The position numbers were made by a program, and so were the translations under genes. A stretch of DNA of 64,000 bases from the human T2T-CHM13v2.0 reference genome, Homo sapiens. Position 1 is the stretch's first letter. The number at the start of each line of letters is the position of its first letter. Where the stretch lies: the NCBI RefSeq assembly GCF_009914755.1, contig NC_060938.1. One strand, written 5' to 3'. Shown here one piece after another: positions 29,628 to 50,269 of this stretch. Under the pieces are notes generated by a model. That model ran no database searches. It was not told the DNA's origin and saw nothing but the letters and a program-made list of their open reading frames with translations.

Positions 29628-30169
29628 TTCTAAACGTGAGGCAGGTAGGCGAGCATTAGGAGTAGAAAGTCAGGCTCCCAGCTGGCTACCATATTTAACT
29701 GGTTTCTATTTTAAGTAAGGACTATAAGGAAAGAGGTGGGAGACAGGGCAGAGCCCCGCATGTGCTCTGCAGGAGCATTACTCACCAGGTCATTACTCAC
29801 CAGGGCGCTTTTAAAATCTGGGAGCCCTGCAGGGGGTTTCCTTTGCAGGCTCACAGCTAATGTAGAAGAATGAGGGCTTCTCTTCTCCTGCCTTCTTTTC
29901 AGGGCTCCTAACCTTCCAACGCCCAGAGTGCTCTCCCAGTGGGTGGGTCAAAATAGCTTACCCAGAACTCCAGGAGGAAGAGAGGAGGAGATGCAGAGTT
30001 GGTAATGGCACTCCAACATTCTGATGGCAGAACTGAAGAGGTTAAATAGGTGGTGGGACATCGTAACATGAAACAATACTTCAAATCCAATAGCAAAACC
30101 TCTTAATTCATCCTCATAACATGATATCATAAAAGGCCCTTTTATTAGTTCTTAGAAAAAGATATTCTT

Positions 30170-30480
30170 GGCCAGTCGTGGTGGCACACATCTGTAATCC
30201 CAGCACTTTGGGAGGCCAAGGCAGGATAATCACTTGAACTCAGAAGTATGAGACCATCCTGGATAACATGGCGAAACTGTGTCTCCACAAAAAACACAAA
30301 AATTAGCCAGGTGTGGTGGTGTGCACCTGTAATCCCAGCTATTCAGCAGGCTGAGGCAGGAGGATCACTTGAGCCCAGGAGGTCAAGGCTGCAGTGAGCT
30401 ATGATTGTGACATGCACTCCAGCCTGGGCAACACAGTGAGAACTCATCTCAAAAAAAAAGAAAGAAATGAAAAAGAAAAA
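30170..30480 (+). mobile_element. AluJ
   Basis: Full dimer. Confidence 0.9.
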
Positions 30481-31110
30481 GGCATTCCTGATGGAACCTG
30501 CTAGACATCCATGGAGCTAAACTTTCTATTTGTGCTATCCCAAATAGAAAATCCATAGTGCCTGATTTTATTGTAAAACACATTTATTTAAAGAAATCAA
30601 AAGTTTTTTCCACATCCTATTAAATCCCTAAATCTCATTATAAGTTGACTGTAAGTAACCATTGATTGAATTTTGCCATCAAATAGAATTTAGTGCCCTC
30701 AAGTTCACAGCATTGGGTGAAGTATTATACACAAAGTAATTCAGACAATATCTCAGAATCTTAAACTATATCAATACCCTATATTACATTATAAACCATT
30801 TCCAAAAAACTTTTTGTAAAGTGCTTCCTGTTCAAGCAGACAGCTGAGCCCAACCAATGAGAAAGGATTCATCATAATAATAAGAGTCACATTGAATACT
30901 GCTTCCCAAGTGCAGACACTGTTCTAAATTGCTTTATCCAAATGAGCCTGTGTAAGCCTCTCAACAGCTCCTTAGACATACTCTCAGGATCCTCATTTTA
31001 CTGGCAGGAAATAAAAGGATGACTGTAGAAGCAAACTTAGAGTAACTAACAGCCTCCACTTAAAACTAGGTCAACAAGTTTGCCAATCTCTAAACTCCAG
31101 TCCAAATAAC

Positions 31111-31209
31111 TTTTTTTTTCCACGTCAGACGGGTAATATGCCAACATCATAACAAGCTCACACATGCGCGTGAAAACCCAATCATCACGCTTATGAACTA
31201 CAAAAGGAT
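31111..31209 (-). pseudogene. U13 (SNORD13) snoRNA retropseudogene with internal deletion
   Basis: Minus strand reads ATCCTTTTGTAGTTCATAAGCGTGATGATTGGG...ATTACCCGTCTGAC followed by A9, with imperfect TSD CAAATAACT / CAAATAGCT. Confidence 0.88.
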
Positions 31210-31435
31210 TCAAATAGCTCTTCTTTCAAGTTCAAAACACAAAAATGAATTTTACTCTCAAATCTAAAATTTGCAACACCAGGTTTGTCATATCACACAA
31301 AGCTATTTTCATTAGCTATCTGAAAAGCAGGGAAGAAACCTTTTTCTCAGTCGAATAAAACCACACATACCTTTGAAGCAGCAGGCAACCGTCAGTGCCC
31401 CTACTGTTGGAGAAGCCTCTACTCCTTTTATTTGA

Positions 31436-31753
<318 letters not shown>

Positions 31754-31877
31754 TGACATTCCCCTCTGGGGAAGGTGGGGAATTTCAAAACCAGTTTACC
31801 ATGGTGCATCTCCCGCAAGGAAAAAAACAAATACCAAAATATCAAACTTCTACTAAAAGTTTTTAAAAGTTTACCTA

Positions 31878-32192
<315 letters not shown>

Positions 32193-32542
32193 CTAAAGCA
32201 GCAAATGATTCTGCTTACACAGTAAAGCCATCAAAGAGATGGGCAGTGGCAAATGTATGTGTGACTTTAAACCTTTTCCCAACTGCCCCATAATCCACAA
32301 TGGAGGTAATACTTCAGAGCAATAGGCATTCCCTTTGTTCATGCTCTTTCATCCCTTTCTCCAGCTGAGCCCCCTCAAGCCAATGATAAATAAGAATGTA
32401 TACATTACCGAGGCCTATTGGTATTAGGAGTTTGAGGTTTATTTGGTTTCTGTTTTCATTTTATTTTCAATGTGAAAATAATTTCATCTTTTTCCTGGAC
32501 ATAAAAACAATGCACATCTATTATGAAGAATTGGAACAATAT

Positions 32543-32840
32543 GGCTGGGTGCGGTGGCTCACACCTGTAATTCCAGCACTTTGGGAGGCTGAGGTGGGCG
32601 GATTGCCTGAGGTCAGGAGTTCCAGACCAGCCTGGCCAACATGGCAAAACCCCATCTCTACTAAAAATATAAAAAATTAGCCGGGTGTGGTGCCATGCGC
32701 CTATAGTCCCAGCTACTTCGGAGGCTGAGGCACGAGAATACTTGAACCCAGGAGGAGGAGCTTGTGGTGAGCCAAAATAGCGCCACTGCACTCCAGCCTG
32801 GGTGACAGACTGAGACTCTGTCTCAAAAAAAAAAAAAAAA
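32543..32840 (+). mobile_element. AluS
   Basis: TSD AATTGGAACAATA. Confidence 0.94.
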
Positions 32841-32945
32841 AATTGGAACAATACATAAAGATACAATCATGAAAATGAAAGTCTCTTAAAATCTCACCAT
32901 CCTAACCAGTAAAAATGAGGTAGACTTCTTGCAGTGCATTTATAT

Positions 32946-32977
32946 ACACACACATGCACACACACACACACACACAC
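32946..32977. repeat. (CA)n microsatellite
   Basis: Seen directly. Confidence 0.9.
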
Positions 32978-34126
32978 GCCACAGTTTTACATGGATAGGA
33001 TCATATCATACTTGCTGTTTTTATTACGAACAACTGTTCTCTTTTCCTCTCCTCCTCCAACATTAACAAGAACATAGGGTGTGTCCATATATATTTTCCT
33101 TTGTAACCATACACACACCAGTATACATTTTCATATACACTGACACATGCAGGGAGGTTTTCTGTTCTTTTTTTACAATGATGGAATCACATTACACTCA
33201 TTCTGCATCTTACTTTTCTCACTCACTGGTATCTCTTGGAAATCTCTCTCAGACATCTGGTAAGGCTATCATTCATCCCATTGAATGGCCATATAATATT
33301 CTATGGAGTAATATATTTTAATTTTTCAGCCATTCCCTGATTAATGGCCATTCACTAGGTTTCTGGTTCTTGGCAGCTACAAACAAGGCTGCAATAAACA
33401 TTCTTGCACACATGTTCATACAAATTAGCACTTTTATTTTATGGAATAGATTCCTAGGAGTAGGATTCTGGGGTCAAAGGAAATATGTATTTTTAATTTT
33501 AATAGATATTGCCAGACTGCCTTCCAAAAAAGAAAGGCCAGAATGCTCTATGACAACACTAGCAATGGATGGAGCACATGTCACCCCACAGTCCTGCTGG
33601 CAACAGGTATCATGACTCTTCTTAATTTTTTGCCAGTTTAATGGATAAAAAGGAATATTTCATTAGGCATTTGCATTTCTCTGAATCTGGGCCACTGCAT
33701 ACACTGTGCAGTTTGTGCATAGGACGATGGGGCAGAAATCTGGCCCACAAATGGTTTGCAAAAACAAGCATCCTAATGGTGTTCAGTGCAGAGGAAGGGG
33801 CCCCAGCCTTTTCTTGTTTATATGAAGGTAATGCCAGTGGCCCCATCCTGACCACCAAGACATTTGAACACCTTTTTATATGGCTATTGGATATATTTGG
33901 ACTTCCGTGAATTTTCTCTCCATATCTGTTGCCCATTTTTCTGTTGGGAAGCAATAGAAAACATCTACTTGTATCATTTAATATTAATCTTGTCAATTTA
34001 TAGGAGCTGAAATTTGCAAGATTAACTTTACAGAAATTAAATCTGACTACCATCTGCATTACAGTTATTATCATTTGCCCAATAACTTTTTTATGGTATC
34101 ACTTACAAAATATTTTTAATGTTTTA

Positions 34127-34674
<548 letters not shown>

Positions 34675-34769
34675 TATAATATGCATCTTTGGCTTATCAA
34701 AATATAGTGTAATCAGTACATCTACCTTCCTCCCAGAAAATGCAAACAATTTTTAGAGTATTTAACTTT

Positions 34770-35062
<293 letters not shown>

Positions 35063-36066
35063 TTAACTTTACATATCTCCTTCCCAACTTATTTTCTGTC
35101 ATGTATTTTAAAACTCTACAGTTGAGGTTCTTGTACATTACCCATTCATTTACCCTTTTCTTTGTTCTCCATTTGTTTATTTGTTCCTTCATTTCTCTCC
35201 AACCTTCCATCCGAGACTACTTTCACTCTGCCTGAAAAAAAAATGTGCATTAGAACTTCCTTCAGTGGGTTTGCTGGTAACAAACACTCAGTTTTTGTTT
35301 GTCTGTTTTGTTTTGTAAAATACGTTTATTTTACCTTCTTCTTGTCTAGATAATTTTATAAATTTGGAATAATTTTAAACATTAATTTTCAAGACTAGGA
35401 TAAAGAACCCCTTGATTTCCTGAACCATTTGGAAATAAATTGCCAACAGGATGCCCCATAACACATAAACACTTTAGTCTATAATTCTTTTAAACAAGGA
35501 CATCCTTCTATATAACCAAAATAAAAACACCAAAATCAGGAAATTAACACGATACATTATGACCATCTAATCTAGAGACTCATTCAAGTTTTGCAAATTG
35601 TTCCATTAATATCCTCTAGAAAACAAAATAAACCATTTCAGATGACCTGTTGCATCACGTCTCTTTTGTCTCCTTCAATCTGGAATAGTTCTTTACTTCC
35701 CTTGTCTCCATGACCTTCACATTTTTGGAGATTACAGGACAGTTTTTTGTGTGTGTCTGATGTTTCCTCGTGGTTAGATTCAGGATATGTGTTTTTGGCA
35801 GAAATACCACAAAAAAATGACACTGTGTTCTTCTCATTGCCTCCCATCAGATGGTATGCAATCTAGATTTGTGTCATTACTGGTGATATTAACTTTGATC
35901 ACCTGATTAAGGTGGTATCTGCCAGCTTTCTCCACTGTATGTTACTCTTTTCCCCTTTGTAATTAATAAGCATTTTTAGGAGATATTTTGAAATTATGTA
36001 GATACCGTTACTTTGTCAAACTTTTGCTCTCTAGCCTCAGCGTCCATTGATGTTTCTTAGTTCTGA

Positions 36067-37187
<1,121 letters not shown>

Positions 37188-37462
37188 TCATCATTCATTT
37201 TGACGCTTAAATAGTCCCAGATTTGGCCAGTAGGAGCCCCTTCAAATTAAATATCCCAGTCTCATTTTAGAACTTCCCTGCTCTAGCCCTGGAAACAGCC
37301 ATTTCTCAAACAACAACAAACCTGGTTCCTGTCAGTAAAAAATAATTTTTAGGAACCAAGATTTGAACACTGGTTGTACTGCTGTCAGGGTCTTGCTGCT
37401 CCTGAGCCCTCTCGGTAGCCAGAGGCAAGAACATCTGCATATGTACATGTACATATTTATAT

Positions 37463-37465
<3 letters not shown>

Positions 37466-37500
<35 letters not shown>
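37466..37500. repeat. (TG)n microsatellite, about 17 units
   Basis: Seen directly. Confidence 0.95.
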
Positions 37501-37502
<2 letters not shown>

Positions 37503-37624
37503 ATGATTGCACTTTAGTACTTCAATCCCAATCTGGTTTTCAATCTTTCCACATTTATAGCTCTCTTTTCCAAAAGTGAGAATCCCATCTCCCATTGTTC
37601 TCAATACATTTACTCACTGGATCA

Positions 37625-38308
<684 letters not shown>

Positions 38309-38436
38309 GATCCATCTAGCCAAAAGCAACCTCGTCTAAAACCAGCACCAACAAATTTTTTGTGATTGTCAGCCTGCCTTAAGCAAGTTCTGAGAAGTAC
38401 CTCTTTCTGTAGCAATCTCATTATCTATATAAATTC

Positions 38437-38750
38437 AGCCAGACATGGTGGCTCACACCTATAATCCCAGTGCTTTGGGAGGCTGAGGCAGAAGGATCAC
38501 TTGGGCCCAGGAGTTCAAAACCAGCCTAGGTAACTTATAGTGAGACCCTCATCTCTATGAAAAATAAAAAAAATTAGCTGGGCATGGTGGCACATACCTG
38601 GAGTCTCAGCTATTCAAAAGGCTGAGGTGGGAGGATCGCTTGAGCCTGCGAGGTTGAGGCTGCAATGAACCATGATTGCACTTCACTGCACTCCAGCCTG
38701 GGTGACAGAGCATGACTTTGTCCCAAAAAAATAAAAAATTAAAATAAATA
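38437..38750 (+). mobile_element. AluJ
   Basis: Full dimer with TSD-like TAAATTCAG. Confidence 0.9.
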
Positions 38751-39779
38751 AGTAAATTCAGTATTCTCTGCCAAGCAACTAGCTGTGCATAATCTCAGTG
38801 TGCTTGCAGGGACTGGTTTGGTCTCAGAGTTAAGGGGCCAGTGGATTTTGCCACAATATATATTCTGTGCATGTTGTACCCTGATGGACCCTATTCATTC
38901 TGAAGATCTCCCTGATGGCTCGGCCAATCCACGGCACCTACAATGCATATTTAGTGAGTATCAGAGAATACAATCACTGACAAAGAAACCAGCTCAGAGC
39001 TTAGCTTGTTCCTTAATAAGGCATTGCTCAAATTGCGACCCCCTTAAGAAGTGTGCTTTAAATTGTGCCACGATCTAACCTTAACTTATTTGAAATTTCA
39101 GAAATCTGAAAAATGACTCTGAATCATAGACCCCAACTCCTTTATCTTACCCATTCTTATTCCTCTTGGAATTTATGTCCTGACTTCACAAGTCTAAGAA
39201 TGATGGCTCTGGCTGCCTGCGCTGCGTGATCTGCTGGAGCCTGGAAGCCCCAGCTGTGCTTTCTCTGCCTCTGACACCTCCCCTGGTAATAAACAGAGCT
39301 CTACCAGGGCTTCCCTAATGACTCCTGCAGCAATGGACAACATTGCCGCTCATTAATAGTGGTGCTAGCACTATGGGGCTAGTGGGAACAAATGTTTATT
39401 TGGTTCCAGAAAATGAGCCAATCCCACCATTAGACACTGTCCACAGAGATGCGATGAGAAGAAGCCATTTATAGAAAGAGAAGCTTATTTTGCTGAAACC
39501 TCTGCTGTAAGCTGAGGTGGTTAAAGCTTCTACAACAGCAACACACCGTGGCTGAATCTTACCCTTGTCTCAAAGAGCTGCTTCCTCTGGGGAGTAGAGA
39601 AATCATACCCATGCCTCAGAATGGGAAAACAGATGCCTGGAAAACCCTCCTCTGCATTCTCCTTTACTTTCCCAGCTTTTACAGCCAAGCTGCTGGGATT
39701 CTCACTATGTCTGTGGAAGAAGGTTATCATGCATCCTTATGGGTCCCAATTCACTGTGTCCTCAAGCGCTCACTGTGGG

Positions 39780-40015
39780 TCAGGCGTTATTCTACATCTT
39801 TGTATAATCCCAGTACATTTAATCCTCACACTGAGGTGGGTTCCTCACTTTTCAGATGGGAAAACTGAGGCTGTCCTGGAGAAACCCAGGACAGGATAAG
39901 AAGGTAATCCATTCTGTATTCAGATCCAGAGAGGTCAAGTAACATGCCCAAGGTCACACAGTTAAACTGCAAAGGAACAGGAATTCAAACACAGGCCAAG
40001 TGCCTCCACAGCATG
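39780..40015. mobile_element. MIR with an internal insertion of about 54 nt
   Basis: CAGATGGGAAAACTGAGGCT...CAGAGAGGTCAAGTAACATGCCCAAGGTCACACAG. Confidence 0.8.
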
Positions 40016-41144
40016 CAGTCTGGACCACCAGGCTGTATTTTGGGTAATGGTTAACAATAATTACAATTATATAAAGTGTCTTCCTTCCAGTATGCAAAAC
40101 ACTTCCAAATAGGTTGTCTCATTTACCCATGGTACAACACTTTTCTAATCTGGAAGGATGAGGTTACAGTGCTTCAAATTATCTCCTTTAATGCATAACA
40201 GGGGACTATGTCCTCAAATTTGGGACAGAACAAGGAATAAATTGATTTATGAAAGCATGTGGCCCCAAGGGTGTTGACTCACCTGAGAGATTAGGGGGGC
40301 ACACAATTTGGGGCTGAAGAGGCTGCTTACATTCTTGGCTTACCTGATTTTGTACAGATGTGATCCCAGAAAACACAACAGAAAAATTCATGCCCTCAAA
40401 GTCCCTATGCCTCTCTCCTGGGGCCAAGAACAACATTCTCATCCGATTTTCAAGAAGTCTCCTGAGGCACACACACATACAGTTTCTTGATTAATTCAGT
40501 TTGGCTTCAAGTCCTTCTGTAGTTTCCTAGGGCTAAACGGAAGCCGAATTCTTCCCAATTCCCTTCCTCGTGTCCCCTAAAGGGAATCCTCCTATCAGTG
40601 TTCAACAGAAATTCAAATGCAGAAGAAACCAGGGAGGCAGTAAGATTTCGAACAATTGCATGCCTCAAGTTTTTTTGTTTTTTTTTTCCTGTTCTCATTC
40701 TGCTTGATTTCCCCCCTTCTCTCAATCTATAGCTTTCTATGTTTATAAAGCTGTTGACACCAATAAAGTCAGTCACGGGAAACAATGCCCATCCTTTTAT
40801 GTTATTTTATCTTGCTGAGGTCAGGAATGATGCTCATGGAAGCTCCAGCGAGGTACTCTTCCTCTGAGCCCCTCCTCATTCTCTAGTCTAGACTCTCCTT
40901 GGAAGAAGACCCCCAAATTTGCAAATGTTTAACACAGAGGGGGAAAAAAGCTATAAAAATTATTTTAGGAATCCTCCAAATGAAAGCACCATTCTTGACA
41001 CCATCCCCTGGAATGGCTTGTCTGTGTGTCCAAGAAAAGGCTTCATTGATTTCTAAGACCAAGACCCCCTCTCCATGGCAAGGAGTGGAGGAATTAACAG
41101 CTAAGGATGAATCCTGCTGAAAGAAATACAGTTCTATACCATAA

Positions 41145-41510
<366 letters not shown>

Positions 41511-42162
41511 CCCATGCTCTCTCTTTAATGCACAATTTAAGATATTTAGCCATCAGGCCAGGACAGGATGAGAAGGTAATCCATTCTGCACTCAGATCCA
41601 GAAAGATACGCCTGGCTAAATAGTGACCTGTCTTGACTAATCAGACTGCACTTTTGAAAATCACATTGTATAAGAATACTTATTGGCCTCAAAAAAACAT
41701 TATTCATAATATACTGTTTAAACACCACAAAAAAGTAATTACCTTAAAGAGCCCTTTTCTGAAACAGAATCCGACTGAGATGATTCAAAAGAACTATTAA
41801 CAGTTTAGGCAAGATGAAGAGAAATAAGACCACTGGGGCACCCAGGGGCTAGCAAGAGTAGGAAGCTATGACCACCAGGAGGCTCAAAGGAGCAAGGGGA
41901 GGAAATGAAATTTCTGGCGCCTGGACCAGGGGCCAGAAAACATTCCCAAGCAGGGAAGGAGCAAGCAAAATCCTCATTTCTCTCTCCACCCACCCACCCA
42001 CCTATCTACTACTGGTGTCTCTCACTGGTTGAACTCAACTAGAAGGCTGGCAGCAAAGGAGTCTAGGTAATCCATTTTGTAGATATGCACAGAGCAGCCC
42101 AAAGAAGGATGAAGAGTAGATGGGGGACAAGGGAGCAAAAAGAGAATAGTCACATCACCTGA

Positions 42163-42579
<417 letters not shown>

Positions 42580-42789
42580 TGAATGTAAGCTCTTTGAAAG
42601 GAAGGAATTTGTCTGTCTTATTCAAAATTGTATCCACACATGGAATGTTGGAGCCCAGGAAGACTAGGGAAGGCTTCCTCATGCGTAAAGGGTACAGGGT
42701 TTCCCAGCACAGGTTCCCAGAGCCTGAGTGGGGAAGAAGGACATCTGTATTGGGTAGGGGGTGGGGGCAGAGAGAGGAGATGTCTACCT

Positions 42790-43380
42790 ACAAAGGGATT
42801 GATCAAACAAGTAAATAAAAATAATGAGAACCTCACTGCTGGAGAAGGAAGCTACAAATACAGAAAGGGAGAAAACTAGAATCAGCCCTATATGATGGAT
42901 TGGAATTGGAGATACTGGTGTAAACTCATGGTTTTCAAGATAGGTGGGTAAACTGATAGATGTACAAATAAATATAGATGTCACAGTGAGTGTGGGAGTG
43001 TGTGAGTGTGTGTTCCCAACTGTAACCATGAAGAGTGCCTTGGAACAGGGATACCGTAATAGCAATAAGCACACTTAGCATTCAGGTCTTGGCTTCTAAA
43101 TACCAATTTCTATGACATGGAGATTAAATTCAATTGAATTAAATTGAATGGAGCTGAAGATTAGGTGACAGTGGTATATCAATGTCAATTTTTCAGTTTT
43201 GATGGCTATGCTTTGGATACATAGGAGAATGCCTATGTCTGTAAGAAATACAAACTAAAAGTATTCCAGACTGATGACACATCAAGTCAGTGGTTACCCT
43301 CAGGAAAAGAAAAAGAAAAATTCTGTAGTTGGAAGTTTTCTATTAGTTTGTGATTGTTTTCAAAAACAATTTTCTTAAAA
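42790..43380 (+). mobile_element. L1MC-type 3' fragment
   Basis: TGGATTGGAATTGGAGATACTGGTGTAAACTCATGGTTTTCAA, GTATATCAATGTCAATTT. Confidence 0.6.
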
Positions 43381-43880
43381 TGTACTTACATTCCCAGCAC
43401 CTAGAACAGATCTGGCATTCCAAGTGCTCAATAAATATTTGTTGAATTAATAACTGAAAGATATAAACAGTTAGAACAAACACATGCTTAGAAAAAACAC
43501 ATCCAAATATTAACAGTGGTTTTTTTGGAGGGATAGATTTATCACAGGTAATTTGGGTATTTTTTCACTTTGTGCTTTTCTGCTTCTCAAGTTTTCTTAG
43601 ATTATTATGCATTATTAACTGTTATATTGGTCAGGCTGCTAACCAGCTAAGACTAGTATTTTAGAGGCAAAATCTTGTCCCCAGATTTATGGGTTTCAAC
43701 ATTTTGTGTATTAAGTTATTGGGACCAGATCCTTGGAAACTGCTTGTCTACCCAAGTACACAGAATACGAATATGATCAGTTAATTATTGAGACATGTAA
43801 CTTCCTGATGTCTAGAATATTCTTGCCCATTACCCACGGCTCCCTCTTTTCCAAAATCATGATAATGGAGTCAGTCATCA

Positions 43881-44597
<717 letters not shown>

Positions 44598-44844
44598 GAT
44601 TAAGATTTTCAGTGACCAAGACACTCACTTGGATACTACTGAAAAAACACTGAGAAATTCTGATGAAAATGATCCTTTTTCTAGGCCCTGGATGGACTGT
44701 TACCCCACAATGGGCATGTTAATTTAATTACATTTCTCTTGCATTGATTTTATTTTGGATTAGTCTCCATGATGTGATTTGACAGGCATCCTAGTTCCTG
44801 TGGCAACTTACGTACAAGTCACCTCTTAAAATAGCCAACTCCTG

Positions 44845-45810
<966 letters not shown>

Positions 45811-45929
45811 TCATTCCTTTTCATTACAACATTTGCCTTGGCTTCAAATTCTGGAGATGAAATGAAAAAATAATTTTTACTTTTGAAGGTAATATACACC
45901 ATCTAGATACCATGCTACCTTTATAATCG

Positions 45930-46090
45930 CGGGTGCTTAACCAATGGGCGCTGTGCACCAAGTCCTGGGTGAGGTACTCCATCATCAGCGCTTACTCCTT
46001 ACAACCTTTCTCAGTAGATGTCTTATCCTCATTCTAATCTGTGAAGAAACTGAGGTTGGAATGCCTCATGACTTGCCCAAGGCCCAGCAA
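45930..46090. mobile_element. MIR
   Basis: TGAAGAAACTGAGG...ACTTGCCCAAGG core. Confidence 0.65.
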
Positions 46091-46553
46091 GCTTCATTTG
46101 TTCACTGATTTGCAAACATTCTTTAATCTTTCATCTGTGTGTGTTGCAGGTCCCCGAGGTATATCTCATGCCCACGTCACTGTCCCCTCTGTGGACATTC
46201 AACAGAGCCTGCTGGCCGGCTGCCAGCCACTCATTGACTCAGCAAGCCCAAGCCAACTCCTCCTGCCACCTTCCTCAAGTGTCCCCTGGCTCTTCAGTGG
46301 AAAATCCAGCTTGACTCCTCCCCGAGAGTTAAGTCTGGCCGATTCTCCCTCTGAATTCTGCCTCCCATCTGTACCCCCCTTCCATCCTGGCTACCCCCAC
46401 CCTGGTTTGGCCCTCACTACCTTTCACAAGGACTGTTGCTGCAATAAGTTCCTTAGGGGTCTCCCAGCTGACTTCCACAATCTTTTCTCCCCAACCCCCT
46501 ACACGGTGATTTCCCAGAAGCACAGCTCTAGTCCTGTCACTTCCCAACTCTAG

Positions 46554-46877
<324 letters not shown>

Positions 46878-47579
46878 GACTACTCTTTCCCTGGCAATTG
46901 CTGCGTCACCAAGCCCCAACCCACCCTGCTGAGTTTTCCTTCCAAGACTCCCCTCCCATCCAGCCGGCTTGAACCGGCCTCCAGTCACGTTGTTTGTTCA
47001 GCTAGAATTTTTCTCTGCCTTCTCTTCAAGGCCGCTCAAGCTTCATGAAGTGGTTCTTTATTCTGACTATGCCCACTTCTCTCATTTCCCTCATCACCCG
47101 GCCCCGCTCCACATACTGCATTTATCTATAAACTCCTGAGAGCCAGGAGTTTAGCCTGAAATCCTAGCTTCCTGGTTAAGAGCTGAAATGCCTTCGCACG
47201 GCGTGCAATGGGTGAACCCCACCGCCTGCTTTCTAACGGGTCCAAGCCGCGGGCAGGGGCCTGTGTTACGGAGCCGCATGACACACCAGGCCTACTGCTG
47301 GACCCCAACAAGCCTAGCCTCTGTGAATCCAGCTGTCCTCACAAACTGTCTCTTCGGGACACAAGCCCATCAGAGGCTTCCGTTTTCCTTTCATAAGATC
47401 TCATAACCGTCAGCTGATACCTGGGACAGGCACAGCACACATAGGTCATTCTAGAAATATTGGTGGTCTGAACAAACTCTAAGCTGGAGAGGACATGAGA
47501 ATGATAGATCCGATTCCTTCTCTCAACAGAAGAAATCAAGGCACAGAGAAGGGAAGAGACTCGCCCTAGGTCCCACAGC

Positions 47580-48830
47580 AAGCAGCAGTACTGGAGCCAA
47601 CACGGAGGCCCCCCGGTTTCACGGTCAGGGCTCGCTACGCTACACCCTGAACGCAGACCCAGGGCAGCGGCCTCGGCCGCCTGAGGCCACTGCCGAAGAC
47701 TTCGCCGCCAGTCGTAACATCACGTTACTTCTGTCCCTCGCCTCACAGACTCCTTCGCTCTTTCCACTACAGCGAGAGGACTTCTCCAGGGCCTCATCAC
47801 CCTGCGGAGGGAGGAAGACACGGTCTCTCACGAAAGGGTCTCCAGACAGTTCCGCTGCTCCGGGAGCAGCCCCCGGCCCCGCCCCCGCGTGCGCCTGGCC
47901 CCACCCCCAAGCGCTCCATGACCAGCCTCCACGTGCATCCGCCCCAGACAGGCCAGGCCTGGGAGGAGCCGAAGCCCCACTCCCCGCCTTCTTCATGAGA
48001 TCGTCCCTATTGACGTCGACAGACAGAAGCCGCGTCCAGTGAGAAGGAAAGAACGGCCGCTATAGCCCTATCGGCTGCTACAACACCAAAACGCATCCAC
48101 CTAACTGGCTGACGCTACACCTTGGTCTTTCCGGGTCCTTGCACGCTTCGCTCCAACTCCTGCAGAGCTGAGCCGGAGGGGAATCCGGAAGGGACACGCT
48201 GAACAGGTAAGACTGTGCTGCCTGGGGTGCCTACTGGCGTCGATTCGAGGGCTGCCGCGCTCCCGCTGCAGAGCTCGGGGTGGGAGACAGGCGCGGCGAG
48301 GAAGGCCAGGGAAAGGGGCGGGGAGGGGCGGGGAGGAGTGAGCACGTGGAACGCCGGCGCCACCGGGCCTAGGTGGCAGCTGGGCCGGCGCGCTCCGCCC
48401 GTTCTGGGGCGCGTGGGGCCCTCCGGCCGGATCAGTGCTGCAACCGTAAACACGCAGGGAGGGCACCCCGAGTGTCGCCGCTGAGGGCGTTTCTCTAAGC
48501 GCTTCTCTGAGCCCTGCTGCTGAAGGCCCCACCCGACACCTGGCGGGGGCTGGGCTGCGGGCCTTGGGGCGGTGTCCCCTGTGAATGTTCAGGTCAGCAT
48601 AACAGGTTAGGTGTGGTTGAAGCTTACGAAGTGGCCGGCTCTGTGCTGCCGGCTTCACAGGCGCTAACATTTGCCAGCGCTATGATGTCCTTGTCAGACG
48701 CAGAAAGGGGTGCAGTTTGGTTGTCCGTCGGGGTAGCGCACAACTAGCAAGTGATGGGGCCTGGGTTTGGCCCTCGCCTCCACTCTGAGTTGTGAGTTAG
48801 CGAGAAAGCCACGCCTCGTGGGCTCCCCGG
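47580..48830. promoter_or_regulatory. CpG island / promoter of DCAF4
   Basis: CpG-dense, with CRE-like TGACGTC at about 48011, ETS motif CCGGAAG at about 48185 and GC boxes. Confidence 0.88.
48040..48206 (+). other. DCAF4: DCAF4 non-coding exon 1 (start approximate)
   Basis: Strong donor GAACAG|GTAAGA at 48206/48207 inside the CpG island, upstream of the ATG-containing exon. Confidence 0.75.
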
Positions 48831-49005
48831 GGGCTTCAGAAACCATGACGCCTTTCACCATGGTGTTCTACAGGCATTGTCTTGTGACTCCAGCAGCGCA
48901 GCCAGAAGCAAAGAAAACTGAGGGGACGGCTTCCTAGAGGAAACAATTCCAAAGTCCCAAACTCTGATTTTAAATAACGATGGAAATTAGAGTCGCGGTG
49001 GTGTT

Positions 49006-50175
<1,170 letters not shown>

Positions 50176-50269
50176 TTACAAAATTCCCCTGTTGTTGGAT
50201 ATCTAGGATGTTTCTCACTTTAACTATTACAGCATGGTGTAGTAAACATCCTTTTTATATATATATATA

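Noticed and set aside
47640-48670. Minus-strand ORFs of 118 and 189 aa at the DCAF4 promoter
   Set aside because: GC-rich island artefacts with no homology or splice support. Divergent non-coding transcription is possible but not shown by the sequence.
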